A stretch of 45,620 bases of DNA, from the NCBI GenBank assembly GCA_001724265.1, contig MEDY01000246.1, positions 1 through 45,620 of the forward strand, given 5' to 3'. Source of the stretch: Rhizaria sp. SCN 62-66. Its lineage: Eukaryota. Positions 1-11,316 of the stretch are shown piece by piece. The first letter of the stretch is position 1, and each line of letters starts with the position of its first letter. Made by a program: the position numbers and the translations under genes. The notes below the pieces were generated by a model. It was not told the origin of the DNA, made no database searches, and was given only the letters and a program-made list of their open reading frames with translations.

Positions 1-1479
1 GCCGCCGAGGCCGCGCGCGCCGCCGCTGCGCGCGCCGCCTGCGCCGACTCGGCCGCGGCGGCCGAGCGCGCCGCGGCGGCCGCGGCTGCTGCCAAGGCAA
101 ACGCCGAAGCCGAGGCCGCGGCGGCCGCGGCGGCCGTCGCCGACGATCCGGCGCACGCGACTGGCGACCACGACTTTATCGACACGACCGCGAACGCCCG
201 CGGCGACAAGAGTGGCGCACAAGCGCCCGCGGGCGCAGGTGGAGAGAATGTTAGTGCCCCTGGTGTAAGTAGCGGCTCCGTCGTCGACAGCCTCAGCGAA
301 GACGGCGAGCGGCCTCTCGAGGTCACCGCTGACGCCGCCATTGCCACAGCCCCTGGCGCGGCGCCGGGCTCCGGTCTGGGTATCGCGAGCGCGAGGGCGA
401 GTGCGACTGCGACTGGGAGTGGCGGCGGCGGCGGTGGCAGTGGAGGCGGGGACGTGAGTGACCCGTCGCCGCTACCGCCGGGCGCGCGCGAGGCCGAGGC
501 GGGCGGGTCCGTTGCCGAGGTTGCCGCCTCGGCCGCGCTGTTCGCCAAGAAGCGTTACCGCAGTCGCAAGCAGCCGCAGCCGTCGCAGCAAAGCAAGAGC
601 GGCGCGAGTGGCAGCGGCAACAAGAAGGCAGCTCCGGCTGCACCGAGAGCTGGATCAGACTCAAACCCACCCAGCGTGAGTGCGCCGGCTCCTGTCACTG
701 TTACTACTGCTGTTGTTGCTCCTGCTGCTGCGAAGCCGAAGCACAAGGCCCCCTCGAAGACGATGTGGCTGCCGTTCTCGCTCACGATTCCCTGCGTGTG
801 CCTCGTCGGCGTCGGCCTCGAGGCCCCCGAGCGCTACCCTGCGCTCCCGCAGGCCTCGCGGCAGCACACCGCCGCCTCCGCTGCGAGTGCTAGTGCCGGA
901 GCCGGAGCCGCGGTCTCGGCCTCGCAGGGCGGCGCGGCGGCGCGTTCGCTGCGCGCAGTGGTGTCCGACGCAGCGGTGGCGGCGGCGGCCGAGGCGGCGC
1001 GGTGCGGGTCTCTGAGGTCGCTACGGCAGCTGGTGTGCGGGCGCGGCGGGCCGGACCCGTTGGAGCAAGAGGAATCTGCATTGCGCTACCCGCTGCCGTT
1101 GCATACACCCCAGCCTCAGTCTCAGCCTCAGTCTGAGCCGCAGCTGCAGTGTGATTCCAGCGCTGCTGCTGCGCCTGGCCATACAGGCGCTGACTCTGTC
1201 GCAGCCGATACTGCGAGCGCGCCGTCAGCTACGGGCGTGGGCCCCGGAGGCGCACTGTTGGTGTACCAGTCGGGCCCCAAGTATCTCATGTGGGGCATGA
1301 CCCTGCGCAACACTGGCACCTTTCTCCGCTGCCTTGGATACAGCGAGCTCTCGCGCCGCCTCCGCGGGGACCGTCGGCGCACGAAGCGCAAGTACGAGCT
1401 CTACTACAAGATTTCCGACGCCAGGGACGCCTTCGCCGAGTCAAAGCTCGGCGGCTGGCTGCTCAAGGCGCGCATGTGA
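1..1479 (+). CDS. 5'-truncated Ala-rich protein of unknown function; C-terminus weakly resembles CoA-pyrophosphatase-type Nudix hydrolases
   Basis: Frame 1 is open from base 1 to TGA at 1477-1479 with GC-rich coding-type codons, and an AT-rich 3' region follows. The C-terminal segment YQSGPKYLMWGMTLRNTG recalls the (I/L)WGxT motif of CoAse Nudix proteins, but no Nudix box is visible in the window. Confidence 0.7.
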   Translation, partial: AAEAARAAAARAACADSAAAAERAAAAAAAAKANAEAEAAAAAAAVADDPAHATGDHDFIDTTANARGDKSGAQAPAGAGGENVSAPGVSSGSVVDSLSEDGERPLEVTADAAIATAPGAAPGSGLGIASARASATATGSGGGGGGSGGGDVSDPSPLPPGAREAEAGGSVAEVAASAALFAKKRYRSRKQPQPSQQSKSGASGSGNKKAAPAAPRAGSDSNPPSVSAPAPVTVTTAVVAPAAAKPKHKAPSKTMWLPFSLTIPCVCLVGVGLEAPERYPALPQASRQHTAASAASASAGAGAAVSASQGGAAARSLRAVVSDAAVAAAAEAARCGSLRSLRQLVCGRGGPDPLEQEESALRYPLPLHTPQPQSQPQSEPQLQCDSSAAAAPGHTGADSVAADTASAPSATGVGPGGALLVYQSGPKYLMWGMTLRNTGTFLRCLGYSELSRRLRGDRRRTKRKYELYYKISDARDAFAESKLGGWLLKARM

Positions 1480-2014
1480 GCGAGCAGCAACTAGAGGAAA
1501 GCAGTTAGTTTGACTTACTTGTGGGATTATCTTGTGATATTATTCACTTATGGCGACTAACTGTGGATATTTACTGACTATTCGATTTATTATATTTGTT
1601 TCAGTTAATTTTAGATTTTATCTTTGAATAAAAATGCTTTTTCTCAAGTAAATTCATTTGAAGTCCGTAATCAGACTTCCTTTAAGTTGAGTTTGTGCTT
1701 ACTTGTTGTACTTTAGGACATCGAAGGATTCTTAAAGATTTTAAAAAGTGGTTGACATTTTTATTGCGCGCACATATGCACGTACTTATAAGCTCAGTAG
1801 CAACAGGACATAGGCGCCGTCGCACAGGCCTGGCCAGTAACAAAGTCGTATCATGTTGGGCCGCACTGGAGAGAGACTAAAAGATAAACAGGAACAAAGA
1901 AAAGCTTCGGGGCTCATAGGCGGACAGACAGCTAGGTAGATCATATATTAATATAATATCTTGCATCATCGTATTATATCATATCGGCGTGACATCATAA
2001 CGCGTTCAAGTCGC

Positions 2015-3328
2015 TCACTGCTCGTCGGCATCAATGACGCCGTCCTCGCCGTCCTGCTCCAGCTCCCCGTCGGCGCCATCGTCGCCCTCGCCCGCCGCGT
2101 CGCCCTCGCCCGCGAGCGAGTCGGTGTCGCCCTGTTCACGCGCCACGCGTTCGCGTTCTTCACGCTCGGCGGCCTCGGCCTCGGCCACCACGCGCGCCGC
2201 CTCGGCCGCCGCGGCCTCGGCCTCGGCTAGCGCGCGCTCGCGGGCCTCGCGCTCCTCGCGCGCCTGCTTGGCGGCCGCGCGCCGCTCCGCTTCAGCGATC
2301 TCGGCCTTGCGCGCGCGGTCGTCGAACACCGACTTGACCGCCGAAAGCACGAGCGCGTCCGTCACACGCTGCGCGCCGCGCACGGCCTCGACGCGCGCCT
2401 CCACCTCGGCCTGCAACCAGGGCAGGAAGACTGTCTGCACGTCGCGCGCCGTGGGGTCCACCAGCGCGCCCGCGGCCTCGAGCTTTGCCAGCACCGAGTC
2501 CTGCAGCCCCGACAGGTAACGCTTGGCGGCGGTGCGCGCGGCCAGCTTGGCCTTGAGCGCGGCCTCGGCGGCGGCAGCCGCACGCGCCTGCTCAAGGCGG
2601 CGCTCCTTCTCCTCGTGGCGGCGCAGGTTGGCCTGCTCCAGGCGTTGCGCCTCGGCCACCATGAGGTCGCGAACCTCCTCGTGCGCGCGCACGCGGGCCT
2701 CGAGGTTCTTGGTTTCCTCCTCCTCGGCCACCTCGGCGAGCCCCTGAAACAGCGCCTTGCCGAGTAGCGCCTCGACCAGCGGCTGTGCGGCGAGAGGGAA
2801 GGAGAAAAGCTCGCCCTGCTCGATCGCTGTCGCGCGGTCGACGCCGCGCCGGGGCGGGATGAACATCACCGGCACGGGCTTGTCAGAGTCCACGTCGTCC
2901 GTCTGCAGCCCCACGTCGCGCTCCTGCACCTGGCCCACCAGCTCCTCCAGGTAGTCGTCGGTCTGCGCCGCCGCCGACGCCTGCGGACGGCCCATCGCGC
3001 TCAGCGTCTGGCCCGCCGCAGCGGAGCTAGAGCCCGCGGCCCCGCCGGCGCGGCGGCTGGTGCGGCCCAGCGTGGCGTTGTTGGCGCCGCCCGTGGCCGA
3101 GTGGCGGAAGGACTGGTTGTAGGCGCGCGTGGCGGCCTGCGCGGCGGCCTGCGCCTGGAGCTGGTTGAGCGTGGTGATGGCGGCAGCGTAGGTGTTGCCG
3201 CGGACCACGCGCCGGTCGTTGTGGATGTTGACGGGCTTCGCGGGCTGCTGGTCGCGGTACGCCGCGCCGCGAGACACAGCCGTCGCCGCCATCACGGGCT
3301 GTGGTGCCGACTGGTACTGGTAGCTCAT
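2015..3328 (-). CDS. RSP3: Radial spoke protein 3 (flagellar axoneme), intronless, 437 aa
   Basis: Family signature motifs NIHNDRRVVRGNTYAA, QTDDYLEEL, FIPPRRGVDRATAIEQGELFSF, LLGKALFQGLAEVAEEEE and FLPWL. Ends TGA. Confidence 0.93.
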   Translation of the reverse strand: MSYQYQSAPQPVMAATAVSRGAAYRDQQPAKPVNIHNDRRVVRGNTYAAAITTLNQLQAQAAAQAATRAYNQSFRHSATGGANNATLGRTSRRAGGAAGSSSAAAGQTLSAMGRPQASAAAQTDDYLEELVGQVQERDVGLQTDDVDSDKPVPVMFIPPRRGVDRATAIEQGELFSFPLAAQPLVEALLGKALFQGLAEVAEEEETKNLEARVRAHEEVRDLMVAEAQRLEQANLRRHEEKERRLEQARAAAAAEAALKAKLAARTAAKRYLSGLQDSVLAKLEAAGALVDPTARDVQTVFLPWLQAEVEARVEAVRGAQRVTDALVLSAVKSVFDDRARKAEIAEAERRAAAKQAREEREARERALAEAEAAAAEAARVVAEAEAAEREERERVAREQGDTDSLAGEGDAAGEGDDGADGELEQDGEDGVIDADEQ

Positions 3329-3925
3329 GTTGGGGATGTTAGAAGAGCGTGTGTGAGTGCTGCAAGTTAGTTTGCTGCGGTGAAGCTTCCTCCTGGATTG
3401 CTCAACAAAAGTGAGGTCGAAAGGAGTTGGGGCGAGAGGGGTAGTGCCGGGGAACGGGACTAACGCAGGACTTAGGGTTAACTATTGAGCACGACAATTG
3501 GTGTGGTAGTTCGCTGTGTTTGAAAAAACCTATTGGGGCGTAGCCAGGAGTGGAAACGGGTGACATGCCAAGGTTGGGATCGTGTGAGAAGGGGTCAAAT
3601 GAAAGCAACGCACTGCAAGTCAGGACTCGTTCCTATGATTCCAGAAAAAAATTATAAGCCGAACCAAAATACAACAATATTAGAAATTCAAGGAGACCAC
3701 CAATAACGGTCACCCAGAGGCAAACGTAGGCCTTTTAGGCTGGGCTTAGACGTTTCTCCACTGGTGAACGGCTCTAGACGGCAGCCGGAAGTATGGCCGC
3801 TAGCGTTGTGTGTGTGTGTGACTGTGTCTCTGCCGACTGGGCTCGAGCGACCGACTGCCAGAGAGATGAGGGAAAACGAGGATAAATCAGTTGTTTTCTT
3901 CGCAGAAACACGGAGTGGTTGAACA

Positions 3926-4775
3926 ATGGTACGTGCTTACGCAATTGATCTCGAGCGCTTATATAACCTATTTCTTTTATGATTCTTCCTTACGGACATA
4001 AGACTCACATCTGACCCCTTTTTGCCCACCCTTTCCGTGACATTCGCATGGCATGCAGATTCACTTCTTCCTGATGCAGAACCGCCAGGGCAAGACCCGC
4101 ATGGCCAAGTACTACAGCGCCTTCGAGATGGACGAGCGCCAGCAGCTTGAGGTTCGTCTCATACCACGTTTAGCTTTCCTGCTTATACCATGATTCGCTC
4201 TCCCAGCCAACTCACATCCCTACATCCATCCTCACTCCATACTTCGTTCCTCTTCATTCTCCATGTCGTCTCGCGTCGACCTGCGAGTGTAGAAGGAGGT
4301 GCACAAGATCGTCACCACTCGTGACAAGCGCTTTTCGAGCATTATTGAGTTCCGCAACTACAAGCTCGTCTACCGCCGCTACGCGTCGCTCTACATCAGC
4401 TTCTGCCTCGACGTCAACGACAACGAGCTGCTCTACCTGGCCACCATCCACCTCTTCATCGAGCTCCTCGACAAGTACTTCGAGCCCGTCTGCGAGGTTG
4501 ACCTCCTCCTCCAATTCAACAAGGTACGTACACGCAGACACGCACTTTCACCATGCTTCCATCGCTTACCCAGACAGTCGGCTAATTATGCTTTCACACT
4601 TGCTTTGTTTCGTCACGTTCTCACGTTGCTATTCTGCTGCTCTCTTTGTTTGTTTCCCTTCCCTACGCAGATCTACACGATGGTGGACGAAATGTTTCTC
4701 GCGGGCGAGGTCCAGGAGACGTCGAAGCGCGTCATGCTCGACCGCATCGCCGAGATCGAGCGCATCGAGTCGTAA
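3926..4775 (+). CDS. AP2S1: AP-2 adaptor complex sigma subunit; exons 3926-3928, 4059-4151, 4293-4523, 4671-4775
   Basis: Spliced product MIHFFLMQNRQGKTRMAKYY...EFRNYKLVYRRYASLY...DVNDNELLYL...VCEVDLL...IYTMVDEMFLAGEVQETSK matches the AP sigma family, with DVNDN and VDEMFLAGE typical of sigma2. Three phase-0 GT-AG introns. Ends TAA. Confidence 0.9.
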
Positions 4776-5541
4776 AGCACTGGCGCGCACTGCATTCACT
4801 GTATTGACGCAGCGTAGGCACACCACACTGTGACCAGTACATGATGACTTGTTTCTGTTTCTGATGCTCGATGACGCGCGACCGCGAGGACAGTTTCAGC
4901 CGCGTTCTGTGGCGCGCTGCACACAGTACCAGAGATGAGATTGCTTCAGAGCATATTGCACGCGCTCTTACGCTGCTCTCTCTCTATCTTCTCCTCTGCG
5001 ACTGCATTGTCTCGCTTAGCTTTGCTTTATTTTACCCACCCTGTTACATATAGACTGATACTGAACAATCAACGACACACACACACATGCAATATGTGTG
5101 AGGATTACACTACAATGTTGAACCACCATCAAGTTCAATCACAACAACAATACAAACCTAGATTCGATTCGTTTACTCTCAACAGCACAGCAATTCTTCG
5201 GCTAGCGTGATTAATTCAGCAGAATACGATGCTAGTGTTACATTGCTTCGAGCTTGCTTTTCGTATGAAGGTTCTTTGTATCTTTGCAGGTGACAGCAGA
5301 AGTGTGCCGTTATCACGATGACTGTTCGCTACTTCTTGAGGCAGCCTCTTTGCTTCGAATTATATATCAGGGACAATAAGGTAAGGAATTCATTAATTGA
5401 TTAGTTGACAAACAAGTAAATTCATGGATCTTTAAGGTAATGTGTTTTTTCTTTTAAAAAAATAGCAGGCATGGTGGGTGGGATGAACTGCGCACCATGC
5501 TCCAGTCGTGTAGCTTCGTAGCGCCCTCACAGTCACTGCCT

Positions 5542-6225
5542 TCACGCGTGGTAGATCTTGATGACGTCATCAATATGCGCCCTGCAGATGGGGCAGCGAT
5601 CAAGGTGCTCTGAGCAGCGCATGCACGTGGCGACGTGGCCGCAGCGCACTAGCGCGCAGTCGATCTCGGCCGCGTAGCACACCTTGCACATAGACGACCC
5701 GCCCAGACCGCCGGCGCCGCCATGAGCGACATTCACGACGCTACCATTCCCAATCCCGCCCATGGTCACGCTGTTGCTGGCGGTCGCATGCGCGTTAGAG
5801 TCGAAGGCGGTAGTCGCCGGGAGCCCGTAGGACTGCGCGACGGCCTGCACGAGCGCGCGCGTCGACTGCGGCGCAGCGAGGCTTACACCCACGGCCATCA
5901 TCTCGCTGCCCACAGTCATCAGCTGCGTGCTGTTCGGACTGCCGCTGTTGTTGCTGCTGTCGGTGTCGTTGGCGTCGCTGTGGGGCGTGGGAAGGGCGGT
6001 GGAGCTCAGCAGCGGCGGCAGCGCACCGTTGGTAGAGTGACCGTGACCGTGACCGTAAGCATTGTTGCTGTTGCTGTTGAGGTTGATGTGACTGTGGGTC
6101 GCGGGCTGGATGGGAGTGAAAGGGGCCGCCTTGCACACACCCATAGTGTGCTGCTGCTGATGCTGCTGAGCAGGAGCAAAGCTGCCAAACGCAAACTGAC
6201 TGTGGGCACCATTAGCTGCTGCAGT

Positions 6226-6270
<45 letters not shown>

Positions 6271-9200
6271 GGAGACACCGTAGCCACTGCTGCCGAAGCC
6301 CTGCCCGAACGCGAAGCCCTGCCCCGCAGAATTGCCGTGCGTCGCCGCGTGGTGATTGTGACCGTGACCGTGACCGTGTGCGTGTGCGTGTCCGTCGCCG
6401 CCGTCGATGTCGATGTCAAGCACGAGCGCGTTGAGCGCCGTCTGCAGCTGCGTCTGCCGCGCCATGAGCGCCACGATCTCCGGATGCAGCTGCGCCAGCG
6501 CCAACCGCCACTCGCGCAGCGTCGCCTGCATCGTCTCCAGCACCGGCGACAGCGCAGCCGCGGCCGCCGCAGACTCGCTGCCACTGCAGTTGCCGTTGCC
6601 GTTGCCATTGCTCGGGCTGGCAGAGTCGGGGCTGGCGCTGAGGCCGGCCCCGGCGGCGGCGGCGGCCGCAGCCGCGGCGGCGGCAGCGGCGCTGTCCACA
6701 CTCACATCGAGCGCGTTGCCCTCGTCGTCGACGCCCGTCTTGGCGCTCGTGGTCACTCCTGAGGAGGCCGCGGCGGCCCAGCCGGCGGCGCGCGCGCGGT
6801 CGACGCACTGCGCGAGCAGCGCCTGTCGGTGCGCGGCGTACTCGGCCTGGCCGCGCGCGATGAAGCTCTTGAGCTGTAGCGCCTGGCCCTGCAGCGACGT
6901 CAGCCGCGAGCCCACCGTGGCCAAGTCAGCCTGCAGGGCATCCGCGGTAGAGCTGGAGCTGGAGCTGGAGTTGGCGTTCGCGGAGTGAGCGTTCGTGGCT
7001 GAGCCGGAGGACGAGAGAGTCGCAAAGATACTGTGGCCGGCAGCCGTCGCGACAGGCGAGGTCGTTACGGCGCTGGTGACCGAGCTGGCGAGCGACCCGT
7101 TGGTCCCCGCGCTCTGGCTAGAGTGGCCAGAGAGCGGCAGGGAAGCGGCGGCGGAGAGTGAGCGCGCGGTCGAGTCGTCGTGACTGAGCTCGCGGGACAT
7201 CTCGCCGCCGCCGCCGCCGCCGCACAGCACGACGGTGGCGGCGCTCGAGTGTGCGCTGGCAACGGAGTCGTCACACGCCGCGGCGCCGTCGTCGCAGTCG
7301 TCCGCCGAGTGGTGCCCATGACCGTGCACGTGACCGTGGGCAGCGGCGTTGGCACTCTGTGCGAGGTCGTCGTCGCCACTGCCGGCGGCAGCAGCGGCTG
7401 CGGCGGCGAGGGCGGCCTCGAACGCGGTCTGCGCCGAATCGTCCGCCGCGGTCACCGCAGCCGCTGCGGCGGCGGCCGAAGCGACGGCGGCGGCGGCGCG
7501 CGCCCCCGCGGTGCCCGGGGCCGGAAACACCACCTTGAGCAGTGCGACGACCTCTTCCGCGGTGGCGGGGTGGCGGCCGCCGTTAACGCGCGCGACCAGC
7601 GCCCGCGTCTGCGCCTCGGTCGCCCCCAGCGTCTGCGACTGGGACAGCGAGACACTGTGCATGTCGTGCTGCTGTTGGGCGTCGTCGGGCGCGAGCAGCG
7701 GCAGCAGGCGGAGCGCGAGCTCGGGCAGCGCGGCCCACAGCGGCTGGTCCTTGTGCGGGGCCGCCTCGCCAGCGTACCACGCCACCAGGTCCACGTCATT
7801 ACCCGTCGCAGTCGCGGTTGCCGCGCTGTGGCCCGCGCCGTTGTGGTGCTCGGCGTCGGCGTCGCCGTCCGCGGCGGCCTCGGCCTCCTCGGCGACGGGC
7901 TCAGCCTCGGCCTCGAGCGCGGCGGCGGGGACCCCGACCGAGGCGCCGTGCTCGGCAGTCGTCCGCAGCGTGCGCACGGGCCGCAGCAGAGACTGCGTGC
8001 GCAGGAGCCGCCGCCCGTAGGCCCAGAGCTCGAGGAACGAGTGCCCGCCCTGGGTCACGACAGCGCGTCCGTGCTTGAGGCCCGCGCGGTAGAAGGCCAG
8101 CGACACGCTGCCGTCGGCCCGGTAGTACGTCCCGCGCCCTTCCTGGCGGCCAGAAAGCCAGAAGCCGGTGAAGTGCTCGCCCGACTGCCACTTGTAGGTG
8201 CCGTAGCCGTGGCGCAGGTCGCCGCGGTAGCCGCCGGTGTGGACGTCGCCGGAGGCGAAGCGCTTGGAGCCGAAGCCGTGGGCGCAGTCGTTGGACCAGG
8301 AGCCCTCGTACGAGTCGCCGTTGGCCATGTACTGTGTTGTTGAACAGAAATAACAGCACAAGGATTCGAGAAAAAAGGTTAGCGATTCGATAAACACAAC
8401 GATTAAGGTCAAAGGGGAAATCTAACTTTCAGTTCGATTCGTAACACAGATTGTAAGTCTCGGGTTCATAGAGTCAACGTACTTTAGTGCCCTTACCGTG
8501 GAGCCTGCCGCAGCTCCATTCGCCTTCGTAGCGGTCGCCGCAGGCCCAGTGGTAGACGCCGTAGCCATGCCGCTGGTCGTCTACGTACGCGCCCTCGTGC
8601 CAGTCGCCAGACTTAAACGTCTATGTGGTCGCGATAGCAATAGCAAAACGAGCAGAAAGCATGTACAAAGCACATCATATTAGAGAATATGTGAGAAGAC
8701 AACATGCAACAAAATAAGACAAACATTTTTAAACTGGTGACTACCAACAAACAATTTGTCATCAACATGCAGAAAAACAAATTGTAGATCACTGCGTACC
8801 TTGTAGCCGTGCCCGCTGGATTTGTCAGCAACCCAGCCGCCCTCGTAGACGTCGCCGTTGGCGAGCTCCCTGCGTCCGTGGCCCTGCATCTTGCCCTGCT
8901 CCCACTGGCCCGTGTACGAGTCGCCGCACGCCCACACGAACGTGCCTTCGCCGTGCATGCGGTCGCCGGCCCAGCCGCCCGTGTAGCAGTCGCCGTTGGC
9001 CCAGCTGTAGCGGCCGAGTCCGTGGCGCCGGTCCGCGCGCCAGTCGCCATCGTAGCAATCGCCCGCGGGGTTGCGGTACAGCCCGTGGCCCGTGCGGCGC
9101 CGCGTGACCGGGCAGACAAGCCCCTCGAAGTGCGAGCCGTCGCTGAAGGTCTTGGACACGCGCTTCAGGCCTGCGGTCGTAGCGGCCGCAGACGCCGTGT

Positions 9201-10317
9201 TCGGAATACCAGTCGCAGCCGACGGATCAGCGTTTGAGTGAGAGCTGTTGTTGCTATTGTTGTAGAACGACAGAACCGATGGGACGACGACGTGGTCAGC
9301 ATTGGCAGTGTTCGAGCTGCTCGTGTTTGAGCTATCCGTGTTGTCAGCGCAGTCCATGGCGGTGACCGTGGGCCCAGCAGTCGCAGCCGCCGCAGCGTGA
9401 GCACCCGCCATAGCATCACTGACGTCGCTCACAATGTCGCTCGCGTTCGCGCTACTGCTGCTGCTGCTGCTGCTGCTGCTGATGTCAGAGTCAGCGTCAG
9501 CGTCGGCCATGTCGGAGCTGCCGTTGGCTGAGCTCGCAGTCGCAAGCGCGGGGCCGTACAGAGGCAGCTTCTGAGACTGCGAGTGGGGAAAGGCAACGTT
9601 CTCCTTGCCATTGGCAAACACCGCCGTCGTAGAGGCGTTTCTAGCGATATTGCCCGCCTTTGAGCTTGCAAACGAAGCACTGTTGCTGGTATACAGCAGC
9701 TGCGGCTGTTGCTGGGGACGCTGCCTCTGGCTAAACGACTGAGAATGTGCTAAGGGCTGAGTTTGGCTCTGGTTGCTGTTGTAGGCGAACGGCGAGCCGA
9801 GCAGCCCAGCACCGCTGGCGTTCGCCCCGGCCACAGCACTGTTGGCACAAGTGACCGCGTTGGCGCTGCTGCTGTGTGGATTGTGATTGTGGACGTGGCT
9901 GTGCAGCGCGTTACCGGATTGCAGCGGCGTAAACGGCACGCGCGCCGGCCCCGCAACAGCGCCCGCACCGCACACCACAGCGTCCGCAGCGTTGACGTTG
10001 CTGTTGGAGTGGGCGTTGGCGTGGTAGGCGGTGACCGAGGCCGTGAAGGAGACCGACGCCAGCGAGGCGGGCGCGGGTCCTGCGGTCTGCGCGCTGCGCG
10101 ACGAGCGAGAAAAGAGCGCGCCAGCAAAATACGGCCGCTGCTCGGGCCCCGCAGTGCCGGCGCTGTTGCTGGAACTCGCTAGTGCCTGCGCGTGCGACTG
10201 TGTGAAGTGCGGTGAGTCCTGCGGGGCTGCGGCGGAGATGTGCGCAGCGGAGTCGTCGTCCATGGCCACTGTGGAACGCGCAAATGCGGGCTCGGTGGCC
10301 GCAAAGGAGTGCGACAT
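5542..10317 (-). CDS. MORN-repeat protein with C-terminal C3HC4 (IAP/LOG2-type) RING finger, putative E3 ligase; exons 10317-8800, 8620-8483, 8331-5542
   Basis: Tandem MORN repeats (YxGxWxxxxxHGxG) run in frame across two GTACG...AG introns. C-terminal CKVC...CGHVATCMRC...CPICR RING. Ends TGA. Confidence 0.88.
6226..6269. repeat. (AGC)n microsatellite encoding a poly-Ala run in the MORN-RING gene
   Basis: About 14 perfect trinucleotide units read directly. Confidence 0.9.
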
Positions 10318-11316
10318 CGGCGAGCAAGACGATACTGTTAGTTTGATTGATGTAGAGTTAGCGGTGTCGGTTAGGGGTTTTGGAAGGGGGTGTCAGTGAA
10401 GACAGAAGGGGATGTGGCAAACAGACAAGGCAAGGGCGCAAGAAGAAGCGCGTGTGCTGTGCCTTGTGCCGGTAGGAGAGGACTCTAGCGGAGAGAGGGC
10501 GAGCGCTCTGTCAGTAAAGACGCCGCGAGTCTGGTCCCGAAGGCTAGGAGTCGGTTAGGTTCAGGAGGACAGGGGGTCGAGGGTGAGTCGTGTTCGAGGG
10601 GATAAGAAACACCAATTTAAACTATTTCGTAATAAAAGACGTGTTATAACTGCTAAACCATAATATCAGGCGTGAATTTGAATAGAGATCTAGAACCATT
10701 GTCATCGGTCAAGGAATATGACCAATTGGGGGTTAACGACATCCTTCGCTTGAGGGCTATCTTTGACCACGAAAATAACAGTGAAATACCACTCCAAACC
10801 ATAAAGAAACATTAAGGCCTCTTATAATAACACACATTAATTTGGAAACACAGGTTTAATTCTTAACCACATGACTATTCGCGGAGAGAAATCAAAAACC
10901 CTAACTCGTCACTTTCGAATATGAACCCCAGATTTGAACATTTTGACTGTGGGCAGGTTTGGGAGCTCGCCGCCGTGACTGTGAGCGTCTCGAATAGTTC
11001 GCTCTCTGACAGTGCCAATGTCCGTGGTGTTAAGCTAGAGAAACATTTTTTCAATATTGTATTTGTCACTCGGTTCATAATTATCGTAACACCGCCAATT
11101 CTCACATAACTGATGTATCTCCTCCAGATATCGCCTGAAAGCAAACCTCACGTTGCAGTTACACTAAGACGACACTCACCACCCTTCCGACACACCCACA
11201 GCGAGGAGAGCAATAACGACTTGAATTCCGAGTTTTAACATCAAAACATCACAAAGTTAAATAATATCCGCACTTCTCTCACGCGCAATATTCCACATTC
11301 CATTCTTCTTCGCTCT

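Noticed and set aside
3471..3480. TTAGGGTTA telomere-like word
   Set aside because: Only about 1.5 units, not an array.
3535..3612. GGGGCGTAGCCAGGAGTGG resembles a tRNA 5' end (checked as a candidate UAG-decoding tRNA)
   Set aside because: No complementary acceptor stem or proper T-arm follows. I found no supportable tRNA in the window.
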